A stretch of DNA of 64,000 nucleotides from Eledone cirrhosa (taxonomy: Eukaryota): assembly GCA_964016885.1 (NCBI GenBank), contig OZ024758.1:6510001-6574000 (forward strand), read 5' to 3'. This document shows, piece by piece, positions 28,830-44,242 of this stretch (position 1 is the first letter of the stretch; every line of letters starts with the position of its first letter). The position numbers and the translations under genes were made by a program. The notes below the pieces were generated by a model. That model made no database searches. It worked only from the letters and a program-made list of their open reading frames with translations, and had not been told where the DNA came from.

Positions 28830-29822
28830 CATGATCACTATTTGTAGATCTTTATGTTCATTCTTGCAATCAATATCATTTTATTGTTTTCCTTCTATTA
28901 AAGTTGAATGGAAGGTCATTTTTATAGTTGACACTAAATCTTTGTTGTCACTCAAACTTGTCACATTCAAATTAATTTGTCCGCAAATACCAAAATATAT
29001 GTTCATATCGTGTGATTATGATAGTATAAATCAATCTCATAATTTAATTTCAATAATATATTGTGGTTGAATGTATATGTTCAAGAAATATATTATTTCT
29101 ATGGTTTCACAAAAAATGTTTGTCCAACGGAACGGTTGTTGTTAACTACATACAATAGGATAAATTAGATATTTACAATAGTATAACTTAAGCAAAAACA
29201 TGCGTAATATAAGCTGATATTCAAATGTAAACACACAAGGAAGTCACAAAAACAAACATACAGTTTCACGTACACAAACATCGACGTTTTCAGACGCCTC
29301 AATATCACTAATTCTAGTTTTCGTGTCTGATGCTGGGATTACAGTCTCATTATGTATTTAATCATATATAATTAAATAGAAATGATATTATTTTAGGCCA
29401 TCTTGTTTTAATGAAATTCTGTCCACAACACAGGGTTGTCTAGACATCTTGTGTTTAATTGAAAATCTCGCTGAGACAAGGGATGAAGTTAATGAGTAAA
29501 TAAATTCGTTGTTTGATCATACTAATAATATAACTTGCAATTACTAAACACAAAGATTTTATTATTATTTAGTAAAATAAAAGGGTAGTGTGTTGGCAGT
29601 ATCAGTAGCGTGGTGAAAAACATGTCCCTTTATGTTCTAAGTTCAAATCCCGCTGAAGTTGACTTTGCCTTTCATTCTTACGAGGTCGATAAAATGAAAT
29701 ACCAGTAATGCATTGGTGTTGATTTAACCGACTTTCCCCTCCTCCAATATTGTTGGCCTTGTGCCTAAATCAGAAGCCATCATTATTTATTAAATTCTAA
29801 TCCCGCTGAAGTTAATCTGTTT

Positions 29823-29899
<77 letters not shown>

Positions 29900-30639
29900 T
29901 GTACCTTCCTGTCGTACTTGTTAACAGATAGGTGGGTTGAACCATTCGATATTTAAGAGTTGTTGCTATCGTAACAGGGTACAAAGTAATTGCGAATATA
30001 AATGATTTTAGTTATTATCGTTGTGTGATCTCAGGTCAACTCTGATCCGGAATACCTACAGAGCCATTCACATATCATCCATAGCTGTGAACTTGACATA
30101 TCTCCGTTTAACTATGAACCATATTACATATTTTGACATACAATCATTTATTACATGTTGTGAAGTCTGGCGAGTTAGGCATGTTGTAAACTTTCCACTT
30201 TTCCCTCAATGTATAACTACCGTTTTGGATGTTGTTGTAGTTGTTACAGTTGATGTTTAACCGAGATCAACTCTAATTCAGTAGAATTATGATCAAAGAT
30301 ATCTCACCTAAGACCACGAGTAATGCGTATGTAGCACTACATTATCCAATGTGACAACTGTCTTTTCAACAAAAAGGTGATTTAATGACAAATTAGCTGC
30401 TGTTTTTAAAAGATCGAAAGACATAGTCGCTCCCGCTTAGTCTCGTTGATTCTCTATTTTTTTTATTGTTTTTACTCAGGTTAGCTCCAATTGAAAATAT
30501 CTATGGCTAAAAACATAACTACGCTGTCTTTTCTTCAAGCATTGTGTGTATCTAGTGTCACATCATCCAACATAGCCCTTCTTTTTAAGATTTTATGAAG
30601 AACTTCACATGCCCTTCTCTATTAGCTACTCTATATCTA

Positions 30640-32118
<1,479 letters not shown>

Positions 32119-32758
32119 TCTACTATTAAAGGTTATATTGTAGATGTCTGTAGGAGTTGTAGGAGGAGTGGTGTTAAGCAGCCAGTAGGGAGGGGGACCT
32201 AGTCAGAATAAAATAGAGCTCAACTTTTTCTTATTGAACGTTTCATTGATATTTTTCAGCCATACTATTTCGGTATATATTGTCTTAAGGCGGCGTATTT
32301 GGCAGAGTCGCTATGGCGCAGGATTGAAAATGCTTCAGTATTTGTTTTGGCTCACTTCACTTTGAATTTAATTCTGGCTTAAGTAAACTTTGCCTTTCAT
32401 CCATTCAATGTCTGTAAATAAAGTAAAGCCCTGGTCTGGGAGTCGATTCTGTTAGACATTCGTCGAGTTCCGACCTAGAGAGAAATAAACTTCACCTGGT
32501 TTAAAATTCCCAAGACATTCCCAAGACATGCCATATATCATGACGTTGCTCTTACGTCTCCAATCAGGAATTACAGGCTCTTTACCTCTCTATATATAGT
32601 CTGGAAAAGGTTTTAATTCTCGACAGGATTCACAATTCACAAGTATTCCAATCCAATTTTTTTATTTATTATTGACGAATGCTAACAGAAAATATCCACG
32701 AAATTTCATGTACTATTCTATGAATGTATTTAATCTAAAATTAAAATTTCCTTTTCAG

Positions 32759-32859
32759 GTGCTGAAAATGTTGCTGGTAGTTGTATTACTGTTCGTTATT
32801 TGCTGGATGCCTCTGCAAATTTACAACGTCTCATCTAAAGTGTGGCCAACAATTAACGA
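32759..32859 (+). CDS. Class A neuropeptide GPCR (leucokinin/lymnokinin receptor-like), exon encoding TM6-ECL3
   Basis: Acceptor ttttcAG before 32759 and donor GTaagt at 32860. Encodes VLKMLLVVVLLFVICWMPLQIYNVSSKVWPTIN plus 2 nt (GA). Contains the TM6 CWxP motif; phase 2 matches the next exon. Confidence 0.93.
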
Positions 32860-33071
32860 GTAAGTACTGTTTTAGATGTAACAATTCAACATAACAAGGA
32901 AGGTTTAAATCAATAAACCAAATTCAATTCCCAATAGAAACATATTTACTTCATTCTTCATGAAGGATTGACATTGGAACAATTCAATACCCTTTCTCAT
33001 GAAATGGTTTGGGTTTTTTTTCTAGAAAGACGAATACAATTATAAAAGAAATTACCATATCATTGCTTTTT

Positions 33072-33255
33072 CTGTTGTTATTGTTGTTGTTGTTGCTGTT
33101 GTTGCTGTTGTTGTTGTTGTTGTTGTTGCTGTTGCTGATGCTGTTGTTGTTGCTGTTGCTGCTGCTGCTATTGTTGTTGTTGCTGCTGCTGCTGTTGTTG
33201 CTGCTGTTGTTGTTGTTGTTGTTGTTGCTGTTATCATCATCATTATTATTATCAT
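33072..33255. repeat. (GTT/GCT)n trinucleotide tract in the GPCR intron
   Basis: Direct inspection. It explains the poly-Leu, poly-Asn and poly-Thr ORFs. Confidence 0.9.
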
Positions 33256-34748
33256 TGGTTGGTAAAGTCATTAGAAGGTCGGACAAACACATAGCAGTAT
33301 TTGCTCGGACCCTTTACATTCTCAGTTCAAATCCCGTCAATGTTAGTTTTACCTTTCATCCTTACGTGGTCGATAAAATAAAGTACCAGTAACGCACTGG
33401 GGTCGATTTAATCTACTTTCCTGCCTCCTCCACTCTCAAAAACATTGCTGGCTTTGTGTCTAAATCAGAAATCCTTATTATCATTCTTGTTGTTGTTGCT
33501 GTTGTTGTGTATTGACAGAATCGTTAGAGAATCGGACAATAAGCCTTACGTTATGAGTTCAAATCCCAACAAGGTCAACTTTGCCTTTCATTCTTCTGAG
33601 GTTGATAAAATACCAGTGGAATACTGGGGTTGATTTAATCGACTTCTCCTCCCATACACACAATTAAATTGCTGGTCTTTTGTGAAAAAATCTCCAATAA
33701 AGTTAAAATAATATGACCAGCTCTAATTCTAGCAGCAATTCGAAGGGCTGGGGTTACAGGTTGTACTATAATACTCAGAAATTCAAGAGGAAGAAAAGGG
33801 ATTAAGAATGAAGGAGTCCTAGAGGGTAAAAAGTGATGCTAAGGATGAATATGGGTTGTTTTTATATGATGATAATATTAATCTTAATCATAAAGGGAGG
33901 GATAGAGAAAATGATATAGCTAATAATTATTGTTGCTGTTGCGTATTGACAGAGTTGTCAGAGTGTCGGCATTTGTTCCGGCTCTTTATGTTCTGAGTTC
34001 AAATCCCACCGGGATTTAAACCCAGGACACTTAAATGTATGTATGAACGGCTATTTATGCAATTGCCCTTAGTAGCTAAATAGGAGCGAGTCAATGATAC
34101 CGTCTGACAACACCATGGGACAATTGAACTTGTTTTCCAGTTAAACTGCGGTTTTCCAGCAGGATTTTGCCGAACGTTTCGCGAAGAGCAACGAACTGGA
34201 AACAATGTGCCTTGATGTTAGACACAGAGGAAGAATCGCCCCAGTACTAGACTGGTATTTTTTATCGACCTGAAAAGGATGAAAGGCACAGTTGACCTCG
34301 ATAAGATTTGAACTGAGATATCAGAGTATCGGAGCGAATATTCCAAAGCATTCTATTCGACGTTCTAATGACTCTGCCAATTTACTACCTTACGGGTTAC
34401 TACATACGTTGCAGTATATATATTTGGTTTAATACCCTTATATCTATTTCCTTTATTTAAAGTATAATTATTTTTAGCTAGTTCGATTAGGGTTCTGTTT
34501 CTTTGTTTATTTTTAACCCCGTATATTTTACTTGTTTATAATGTGTTGAGAAAATAGACGAAGCCTTTGCGTGGAATTACGTAACAAAACAATCAAAACA
34601 ATACAAGTTGATGATCAAATATTAAAGAAAAAATAGGAATAAATTTTATTTCTTCAAAATTTTATTAAATTTTATTTCTTCAAAATTTTATTAAATTTTA
34701 TTTCTTCAAACTTTTATTTCATTTTCTCTATTGTGTTATGAAAGTCAT

Positions 34749-34938
34749 TGCATGATTTTACACATAGTATTGTTACCTTTAGTATTTTTTGGAAGACATG
34801 ATTTTACACATAGTATTGTTACCTTTAGTATTTTGGTAGATTTGATTTTACACATAGTATTGTTACCTTTAGTATTTTGGTAGATTTGATTTTACACATA
34901 GTATTGTTACCTTTAGTATTTTAGTAGACATGATTTTA
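34749..34938. repeat. About 44-46-bp tandem repeat x4
   Basis: Units of gattttacacatagtattgttacctttagtatttt. Confidence 0.9.
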
Positions 34939-35922
34939 TTTCGAACTTTCGCAGAATAACTAAGAACAGCACTGTGTGAACTGAGTACGTGAGAATTTTT
35001 TTTTCCTCTGCACTATTGCTTTTGTCTCTTTGTTGTGATTGTGTGCAAGCTATGGAGTTCTAGTTATGTATTTATCTGCATCGTGTTTTCAAGCCACCTA
35101 TTATTATGGAGATTGCTTCTGTTATTATTCGCCACATTCTAGTTGTCATCATTTATCCAGTTCTTTTAGAGATTTTTTGTCGTCTGTCAGGTCCATCGAT
35201 TAAGTGACATTTTCTTTCTTTTTCTTTTTTTTTTTTTTCTTCTAATGGTCTTTGACAATAATAACTGGACAATTTACCTTAATATCTCAGTCAGTATGAA
35301 TTGGCACATCCCATTATTTATTCACAAACTCCATATATTGATTATTCGATGCTCATGCACCTTGGCGAAATTCTACATTGTTATGCTGGTGTTGCAATAA
35401 GCCAACTAAACTCTTTATTAGAAAGAATCGTTATCGCTTTTAACAAAGACGGATTCTTTCACAACCAGTTTGTTTCGTTTTGGTTTTTGTTGTTTTGTAT
35501 TTTACTTAGTTTGTTTCGTTTCGTTTTTAAAATTTCAGATACTTCCTTCATGTTTGATATGTTAGAATCATCACGGAGAGTGATCCGGATATTAGCAGAA
35601 TTGGTAAAAGATTTGGACAAAATGCCTTGCGGTGTTTAATTACATCTCTTCCGATTTTTTGGTTCTGCATTGAAATCTTACTGGGGAACCTCTTCGTCTT
35701 TCCTCTTTCTGATGTCTATAAAATAAAGTACTAGTTAAGTATCTACTGGTTTCTATTGTATTTCTACGTAACTTAGAGACCCTGTTCTGAGTTCGAATCT
35801 CGCAGAGGTCAATTTTGACTTTCATCGTTACAAAGTATCATTTAAGTCCTGGTGTCTATGTAAACCACTTCCCTCTCTATATATATATATATATCTATCT
35901 ATCTATCTATCTCTCTCTCTCT

Positions 35923-36122
35923 NNNNNNNNNNNNNNNNNNNNNNNNNNNNNNNNNNNNNNNNNNNNNNNNNNNNNNNNNNNNNNNNNNNNNNNNNNNNNN
36001 NNNNNNNNNNNNNNNNNNNNNNNNNNNNNNNNNNNNNNNNNNNNNNNNNNNNNNNNNNNNNNNNNNNNNNNNNNNNNNNNNNNNNNNNNNNNNNNNNNNN
36101 NNNNNNNNNNNNNNNNNNNNNN
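35923..36122. other. Assembly gap (200 N)
   Basis: Run of N. Confidence 1.
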
Positions 36123-36598
36123 CACACCTCAGTACTGTTCTCACTAATATAATCACTACTATAACTATTATAATCACATATAATAAATATTCACATTATA
36201 CTACTCCAATAAATACACGTAGATATAATATGTGATATAGAATAAATTAACTATCTTAACTATTAGAATATTATAAGACGCCATTTTAGGATGTCCGTTT
36301 ACATCTGTTAACAGGCGCCATTTTAGGATGGCCATAAATTAACTGGATATATGGTGTTGAGAATTAGTCAGATGTTATAAAATGTTTAACAGAGCAACAA
36401 CCAATTATAACGGAGAGCTGCATTAAATACATATATTGAATAGACACCAAGAAACAATACAAAGTCAACGGTGTGTCGGAGAGCAATGTATGGCCCTCTA
36501 CTAGATGGTAGCATGGCATATATGGAACAATATATTTGGATCGTCATCATGTTCCCACAACTGGCGCAGCCAGTCGTTGGGGGTGTCACACTCTAGAT

Positions 36599-36889
36599 CA
36601 GTCATGAGTAACCTGCGGCCCACGAAGCTTTCTGAATGGCTCACCTAAGTCACTTAAGTGAAATCTTTCTGATTTTTTTACTCCAACTTTTCAGTCGTAA
36701 TTTATCTTTCTAGCATTTTTACGATCGAGGAAAACAACGTGTACGAATTCTGAAGAAACATCAAAACAACCTGAGTTAGCGCCATTTTTTATGTGGGCAT
36801 GAATGTAAATTAGCGCTTGCGACGCCCACCTGATGATCAGCCATATTTCATGTGGCCCGCTTCTCGAAAAGGAGGGTTGCCCATACCTG
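36599..36889. mobile_element. hAT (Charlie/Buster-like) MITE
   Basis: Imperfect TIRs CAGTCATGAGTAAC / GTTGCCCATACCTG, subterminal gcggccc and gtggcccgc, 8-bp TSD cTCTAGAt / aTCTAGAa. Confidence 0.7.
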
Positions 36890-36899
36890 ATCTAGAAGG

Positions 36900-37114
36900 T
36901 TTAACACTCAGTCGTCGCATCGTCCCCGTCAAACGTAGAAGGGTCTCCTTGTTGTGACCAGTCTAGTATTTGATGTTGTCGGACCAGGATTTTCTTTGTC
37001 TGCTTCTTCTTCGCCCTCCCTCGACTGTGCCCTGAAGGATGGGTTTAGAGAAGGAATTGTGGCGGGATATATGGATATATGACCATACCGGGCAAGCTTC
37101 TGTTTTTCGATCAC
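36900..37114 (-). mobile_element. RTE-like LINE 3' fragment
   Basis: QKLARYGHI and a frameshifted ILQGTVEGGRRRSRQRKSW-like segment. Confidence 0.65.
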
Positions 37115-37237
37115 ACCTACTCATTTGACTAAATATGTATGTACTATGGGATAATCATATTTGATCGGTGTTTAAACAACGACATTGGGTTATCATTGCA
37201 AAATACATTTCAGGAAGTATGTCTACATCTATTGCCA

Positions 37238-37405
37238 GACGCCATTTTAGAATGTATATTTACATCTGTTATCCGACGCCATTTTAGGCTGGCCGTTTAC
37301 ATCTGTTAGCAGGCGCCATTTTAGGATGTATATTTACATGTTATAAGACACCATTTTAGGATGGCCGTTTACATCTGTTAACAGGCGCCATTTTAGGATG
37401 GCCAT
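37238..37405. repeat. About 36-bp tandem repeat with CGCCATTTT; second block at 36270-36335
   Basis: Units of gacgccattttaggatggccgtttacatctgtta. Confidence 0.85.
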
Positions 37406-38817
37406 TGCCACATTGATATAAGAATATAAAACGAGAAAACGAGAAACGCTGGGTAATTCATATTTTGAGGGGATTTTTCATAGATAAAAACAAAACAAGA
37501 ATGATAATTAATTTCTGCTTGTATTTAACTAATATTTTGGTTAACACTATGTTTTCCTTTAACAGAAAAACAAAAGTTTCATATTTGATAACCTTTGATT
37601 TAGAAATACCAACTGAAGCGTTCAGTTTAATCTGTTCCATTGACAAATTCTTGGAACAAATTGGAACGAATAAACTTTATAGATTAAATAAATTATATAG
37701 CAAGGTTTTCAAATAACAATATTTAAACTGGCTTTCGTTTGCAAAGAGCTCTGTTAAATTATAAACAATGTTAACAGTTACAGATTTTATGATTTAACAG
37801 TTTAGAATTGTATGAATGAAACCTATCTCATACCTTTCTTTCAGCATAGTCACTCCTGGTCATTATTTTCTTGACAAGTTTATTCGTCTTGTAAGCTGCT
37901 GAATGAGCTACACGCAATATCATATATTGTTATTATATTCGTAGAATTATATTCGTTGAACATATTATACAATAATCCGTAAATTTATTGATTCGTGTAG
38001 ATATAACTACAGAACAAGACGAGTGACATTTTATCGTTATATATAAACGTAGTCGTAAAATAATGTCTCCGTGACTTTTGGTGATAAATGAAACTTCGAT
38101 AGATTCAATTAAAAATACACAGTGTTTCTTCCCTTTTGGCTTTCAATGACGAGCTAACTAAGCAATTATCAGATGCTTATAATGGTAAACTATCGAACCA
38201 ACGAGAGAAACTGTCAGAAATCGTAGCCAAACTTCCCGTAAATCATATTTAACAGTCTTGAGACAAGAAGAACACGTTGGATTTGATAATATATTTTTAT
38301 ATACGCTGTTGTTGGATAGGCTTTAAACATAGTTCTATTCTATAATGTAAATAAAGTAGTTGTGAATTATACATCCTTCTGGGAAATATTTTCAACTCAC
38401 TGAAAAGGTTCACTAAATCACAGAATCATTGGAACTAACGAGTTTGTTACCATTTTAACAACAGGATCAAGTCTGAAAAATACGGATAATCTTGTTTCAT
38501 TCTTGATCTCTTTTATGTTGCTATCCTTTGCTATTCTTCTATTTATCTTTATCAGTTTAAATAAAATATACACATCCTGCACGTCATGTTTAAGTTCAAA
38601 TGATTTCGTTATTAATATTAATATATGATTATTATAGTATAATACATCAGCTATTTTATTTGAACTGAGTAGAACATTTATCTTAACAATGGTCTTGGCT
38701 GGTCAATACATTGTCAGGGAAATTTGGTAGACCGAAACTTTGTGGAAACCCACTGTATCTATGTATATATGTATAGATAGATATATGCATGTATGTATAT
38801 AGATATATGCATGTATG

Positions 38818-38854
<37 letters not shown>

Positions 38855-38953
38855 ATAGTATATATAATATATATATAATATATATATAATATATAGGTTA
38901 TATAGATACATATTTTTAAATACATGCATATATATATATATATATAGATATAC

Positions 38954-39008
<55 letters not shown>

Positions 39009-39082
39009 CATACATACATACATACATACATACATACATACATACATACATACATACATACATACATACATACATACATACA

Positions 39083-39115
<33 letters not shown>

Positions 39116-39183
39116 TCATGTATATCATATTTAAAATGCTGGAGAGAACAGCAAAGAATTATGAATACATATATATATTTAAT

Positions 39184-39307
39184 GGCTGACAAGTTGTTTC
39201 AAATATTGCACAGTAAGAGTGGACATTGATGTTGAGATATCGAATATAAATCGATATTAGACCATTAAAGATAAATAAATAAATGTGTCAATATTATCCT
39301 CAGAGCC
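39184..39307 (-). ncRNA. Type I hammerhead with long stem II insertion
   Basis: Minus strand reads GGCU-CUGAGGA-U-AAUAUUG...CAAUAUU-U-GAAAC-AACUU-GUC-AGCC, followed by AUUAAA. Confidence 0.75.
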
Positions 39308-39779
39308 TAAAAAAAATTCCTTATAACATATTAATTCATAAATTAAATCATATCACCGAAGTGAGAAACCTACTTTAAATGTGGAATTTTGATATTAAAG
39401 GGATGGAAGTGACGAAGCGTTATAGCAGCCATTTTGTGTTGGTTTGAAATTGAAAATGTATATATTATATAATTATAAGTTTGAAGAACAGTCAGACAAA
39501 ATTTATTCAATTTTTCCTTCTTAGTCCGTAGAAAACAACTAGATAAATAATCATTTAAATGGAGCTAAATTTGAAATGTAACTTTGAAGAAATAACAGAT
39601 AAATGTTATCGATATTCCTCTGTGAGGAACAGTGAGATACAATTTAGAGTTGAGATGGAGAGTCTGTGTTTTTTCTCACATCTGAGATGTGAGAAAAACC
39701 ACAGACCCTCCATCTCAACTCTACTTTAGGAATATAAACAAATAAAAATGGTTGTCAATCGGTGTCAACGTAAACACAC

Positions 39780-39832
<53 letters not shown>

Positions 39833-39909
39833 TACACACACATATAGAGAGAGAGAATGGAAAACGAAAAGTGTTTCGTTTTCCATTCTCTCTCTATATA
39901 TATATATAT

Positions 39910-39945
<36 letters not shown>

Positions 39946-40167
39946 GCTAGGTTTTTTAGAAATTACTTTTCTAAAAAACCTACCATTTCGAGCCAAATTT
40001 TTCCACATAAAACAGAAGTAACATTCGAACACCAACCAGATGCGAGAAAAACCACAAACCCTCCATCTCAATTCTACTTTTGAAAATCATAAGAACTGTG
40101 AAACCGGTAAAGGAAACAAATAAATATTCTGAAAAAGACTCGTTGCATTTTCGATTTCATCTTTTTT

Positions 40168-40287
<120 letters not shown>

Positions 40288-41091
40288 AAGTGCCTAAAGG
40301 GAAAACTACAAGAAGATATTAATAACATAATTATAATTCTGTTAATTTCTTCTTTTCGTGTTAGGATTTTCTAGTTTATTAATTTGATTTACTTATTTTA
40401 CCATTGAAGTTTTACAATAATTATCTTGAGTGGCTGCGTTTATGAAGATTTAATACTTAACATTTTATTTGATCCAAACGTGTTAAATATCAGGTGTTTG
40501 GCATGTTTTCTATTTGCTTGTATATCGAGGCGACTCTTCTTTTTTCGACAACTATTGCTCCCAGAATCTTTCTAGAAATAAATTGTCTTCTCTAAGATAT
40601 TCTTTAAAATAATAAGGTGTGATAGCTTGCTTAAAGTATTGTGAAATATGAAACTGAATAGTGTGTGTGTGTTTATAAAACCGTACAATGCAAATGGGTT
40701 GTATTACAAAAAGAATAAATATAATCACCTTCTAGGAATGAAACCAGTGATTTCTCCGAAGCCCCCACCCCGACATATTCCCTCTCTCTCTGATAATGTA
40801 TAGTTAATTCGAAATATTTTGGGATTAATAAATTGCTAGGTTAACTTTCAGTAATTCTGCCTTTTATTTTTATTTTCCTTCTTCTCCCACTTTTGCTTTC
40901 TATCTCAGTTCTCTCAATTACATCCCGACTTGTTACCTTGGTAATCTAACCCACTTGCATTTACGACTTTCTAAACACAAATACTCATTCTTTAAGATAT
41001 TTTATTTGGTAGTAAATAAATCTCAAAGGAAAACACTAATGTAACATAATATGTATTTCTCTCTGATTGATATTTTGTTTTTTCCTTTCAG

Positions 41092-41182
41092 CTATAAATA
41101 TATCAACATAATTTGGTTTTGCTTCAACTGGCTGGCAATGAGTAACTCGTGTTATAACCCCTTTATATATGGTCTTTTAAAC
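41092..41182 (+). CDS. Same GPCR, exon encoding TM7
   Basis: Polypyrimidine tract and ttcAG acceptor, GTaagt donor at 41183. GA+C gives Asp, then YKYINIIWFCFNWLAMSNSCYNPFIYGLLN with the NPxxY motif. WLAMSNSCYNPFIY is typical of leucokinin-receptor-family TM7. Confidence 0.95.
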
Positions 41183-42029
41183 GTAAGTATTCCAAGTATT
41201 TATTTTATATAATATTTAATTCAGATTTATTAAGTAACAAGTGTATGAAGTTATCTACAAATGAGCAAATTTTAAATAGAAATGAAATATGTTGTACTTC
41301 AATTAATTGAAGCTTGGGGACTCCACTGATTTCGAAGTCAATCATTTTACAAACTACAAAATGTCGCTCGAGAAGCTTTACTTAATTCCGATTTCAGCAG
41401 TTTAGAATAGGGAAATATTACTGCGTAATCTATACGTTAGTCTATACAAGGTAAGTTCCTGTCTATAACAGGTAAGTTCCTCAGGAGAGCCTAGTATCTA
41501 TGTTCTATTGCTTGATAAGTGTAGAATGGAGTTATTAATGACTTGTCACAAACATCAACATACATGCATTGAGATACAATCTAAGAACAACATTCTGATA
41601 ACATGCCCTGTCAGTTTTCCTTCGGGTAGAATAAAATAATTAGTCGCATCAGTGTGTGTTAAATTGATTGTTAAAATTTTAAACACACTCAAGGATGAGA
41701 AATATGTCTTAGTTTATTGAAATAGATGGATTAATTCGAGTGAATTTATTTTTCTCAGTATCAGGTGACGTACACAGAAATATTTACTGTAAAATCGTAC
41801 TAATATTAGATTCAATCGTCAGACCAAATCATATAAAATTAGTATCCAAAAATATTTTAACTAAAATTATGTGCTATATTATTAACGGAATAAACTTTTA
41901 ATCAATTTAAAAGTAGGTATTTTAGAAATAGTGTTTTTTTAATATTGCATTTCTACTTTCCGATTATGTATGGAATGAATGAACCGCATGAAAATAAACT
42001 TCACTGCATTAAACTTATAACTAACGTGA

Positions 42030-42191
42030 GCGTCAGACAGCATGCTTTGCAGCATAGAGTTATGGCCCTTTGCGTTCTGAGTTCAAATCCCACCGAGGTT
42101 AACTTAGCCTTTCATCCTTACGGGGTCGATAAAATAAAGCACCAGTAATACACTGGGGATAATTGCTGGCCTTGTGCCAAAAGTAGAAACA
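42030..42191 (+). mobile_element. 5'-truncated copy of the same SINE with a 22-bp TSD
   Basis: attaaacttataactaacgtga at 42008-42029 and 42192-42213 flanks the SINE body. Confidence 0.85.
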
Positions 42192-43552
42192 ATTAAACTT
42201 ATAACTAACGTGATTATTTATGTTAAATAAAACATTAAGAACTTTCCTACCGATATTTTAAACATCACAATTTGGCATGTATGAAAGGATACCACAACAG
42301 CTTTAAGAGTATAGAGATGGAAGTTCTTCTCGGTAACTTTAATAATTGTCTCTGTTTATGTAATTTCGAGAATATTTCTTCATATTGAAAAGAATGGCAA
42401 GTATGAAAACTTCATTTTCAGTTAACAGAATTACAGGAAATACGTTCCTTCTAATAATATTTTTTCATTAAAGCTATATTTTCTTACAAGCACATTTATA
42501 TCCCAGATATGATGGAGATTAATATATATATTATTAAATCAATAAATAAGAATAGTAGGCGGCATTTAAAATAATTTCTGTTTCAAAATCCAATATGAAA
42601 ACGTGGATAATATTTTTATATATAAAGAATAAAGCAAAATAATTTTATATTTACAATGATGTGACTGATTGAAAAACGGTGGGAAAATGTAGTATGTATC
42701 AATGGAAAGAATAAATACCAAAATACAAGAAAATTCTCCAAAACTGCCATAAAATTTTTGTAAAAGATGACGAACAAAAAATATATATATGGCTGATAGA
42801 CGCAGTTACAATAAATTCTTACATAATGTAACAAAAATCTATTTTAAAAATCCGGTTCTAGAACATACAGTAACGTCAACAGTGAGGCCATGTAGCAAAC
42901 TATCGTACTTAAAGTTAGACGATTGTATAGAACGCTGCATTACACACAAACATTGCAAACCTTTTGTGACCTTCCGATAGCCAATGACCACAGAGTTGTT
43001 GTTCTTGTTACATTTTGTATCGACACTATACCATCTCTTCCTCTTTTCGCCCGTTTCTATGTTTGGGTGAATTGGCAGTATCGGTAGAGGGTCGGACGCC
43101 ATGCTTTCAAGCATAGTTACGTCCCTTTACGATCTGAGTTCAAATCCCGCCGAGGTTGACTTTGCCTTTCATCCTTACGGGGTCGATAAAATAAAGTACC
43201 AGTAATGCACTGGGTAATTGCTGGCCTTGTGCCTAAAGTAGAAACAAGTATTTGTTAGACTCTGTGACACTAAACGTATCAGCAGTACTATTGGTAGGAG
43301 TTGAGACTGTCTAAGATCATCTCGCCAGCCGATCACCATCAACTTCTTGTTTCCATTTACTATCGTCTGTATCTCATATTGTCCTATATATATATATATG
43401 GGAGACGGCGAGGCATAATAAGAACATGCTGCCTCGCTCACCTCTGAGTCAAAAACAAAAACATAAACACATGTTTTCTTCTCTGCTTTTTACTTTGCTT
43501 GTTTCCTTAAAGTTTACCTTCCTTCCGTTGGTATACATCTATTACACAATTT

Positions 43553-43610
43553 ACACCTGATGAGGTCACCTGGTTCTTACGCAACCTGGCCACTGAAATG
43601 TGCATGGTGT
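43553..43610 (+). ncRNA. Decayed hammerhead with a non-cleavable AUG triplet
   Basis: ACAC-CUGAUGA-GGUCA...UGGCC-ACU-GAAA-UGUGC-AUG-GUGU, with AATAAA at 43618. Confidence 0.6.
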
Positions 43611-43690
43611 TTGCAGAAATAAATATTTAATGAAATTCAACATTTTTGGCCTCCTGTTAGTTTACTTTATAGTATATACATACATATATA

Positions 43691-43798
43691 CATAACGAAG
43701 GAATTGTGGTAAGGAACCAGATGGACCATAACGCACCAGTCTAGAAATAGCCGTCGAAACGGGTTGAGCTCTGCCGTCGGGGTCATACTTTTTCCTAC
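43691..43798. mobile_element. Family B cassette
   Basis: 43691-43740 is the reverse complement of the 52117-52162 tail, followed by gtcgaaacgggttgagctctgccgtcggggtc. Confidence 0.65.
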
Positions 43799-43986
43799 AT
43801 ATATATATATATGAGGGATGTATTTAATTATGTCTCATATAAAATAATATAACTTGCTATCCGCAAAATACGTATAGTTAGCACCCCAAACGTATAATTG
43901 GAATTATACTAAGGTATATCCTAATGTTTGTTGAGTGAGACGGAATTCGGTCGGAGTATTGCTTAAAGCTTTCTCTGTTAATGTAT

Positions 43987-44111
<125 letters not shown>

Positions 44112-44173
44112 TTTATGTTAGGCTGTTAGCCAAGTAGATTTTCCAGTCAGTCAGGTCTTCTGTTGTTGTTTTA

Positions 44174-44242
<69 letters not shown>

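Noticed and set aside
32672-32758. N-terminal part of ORF 32672-32863
   Set aside because: Intronic read-through upstream of the acceptor at 32757-32758.
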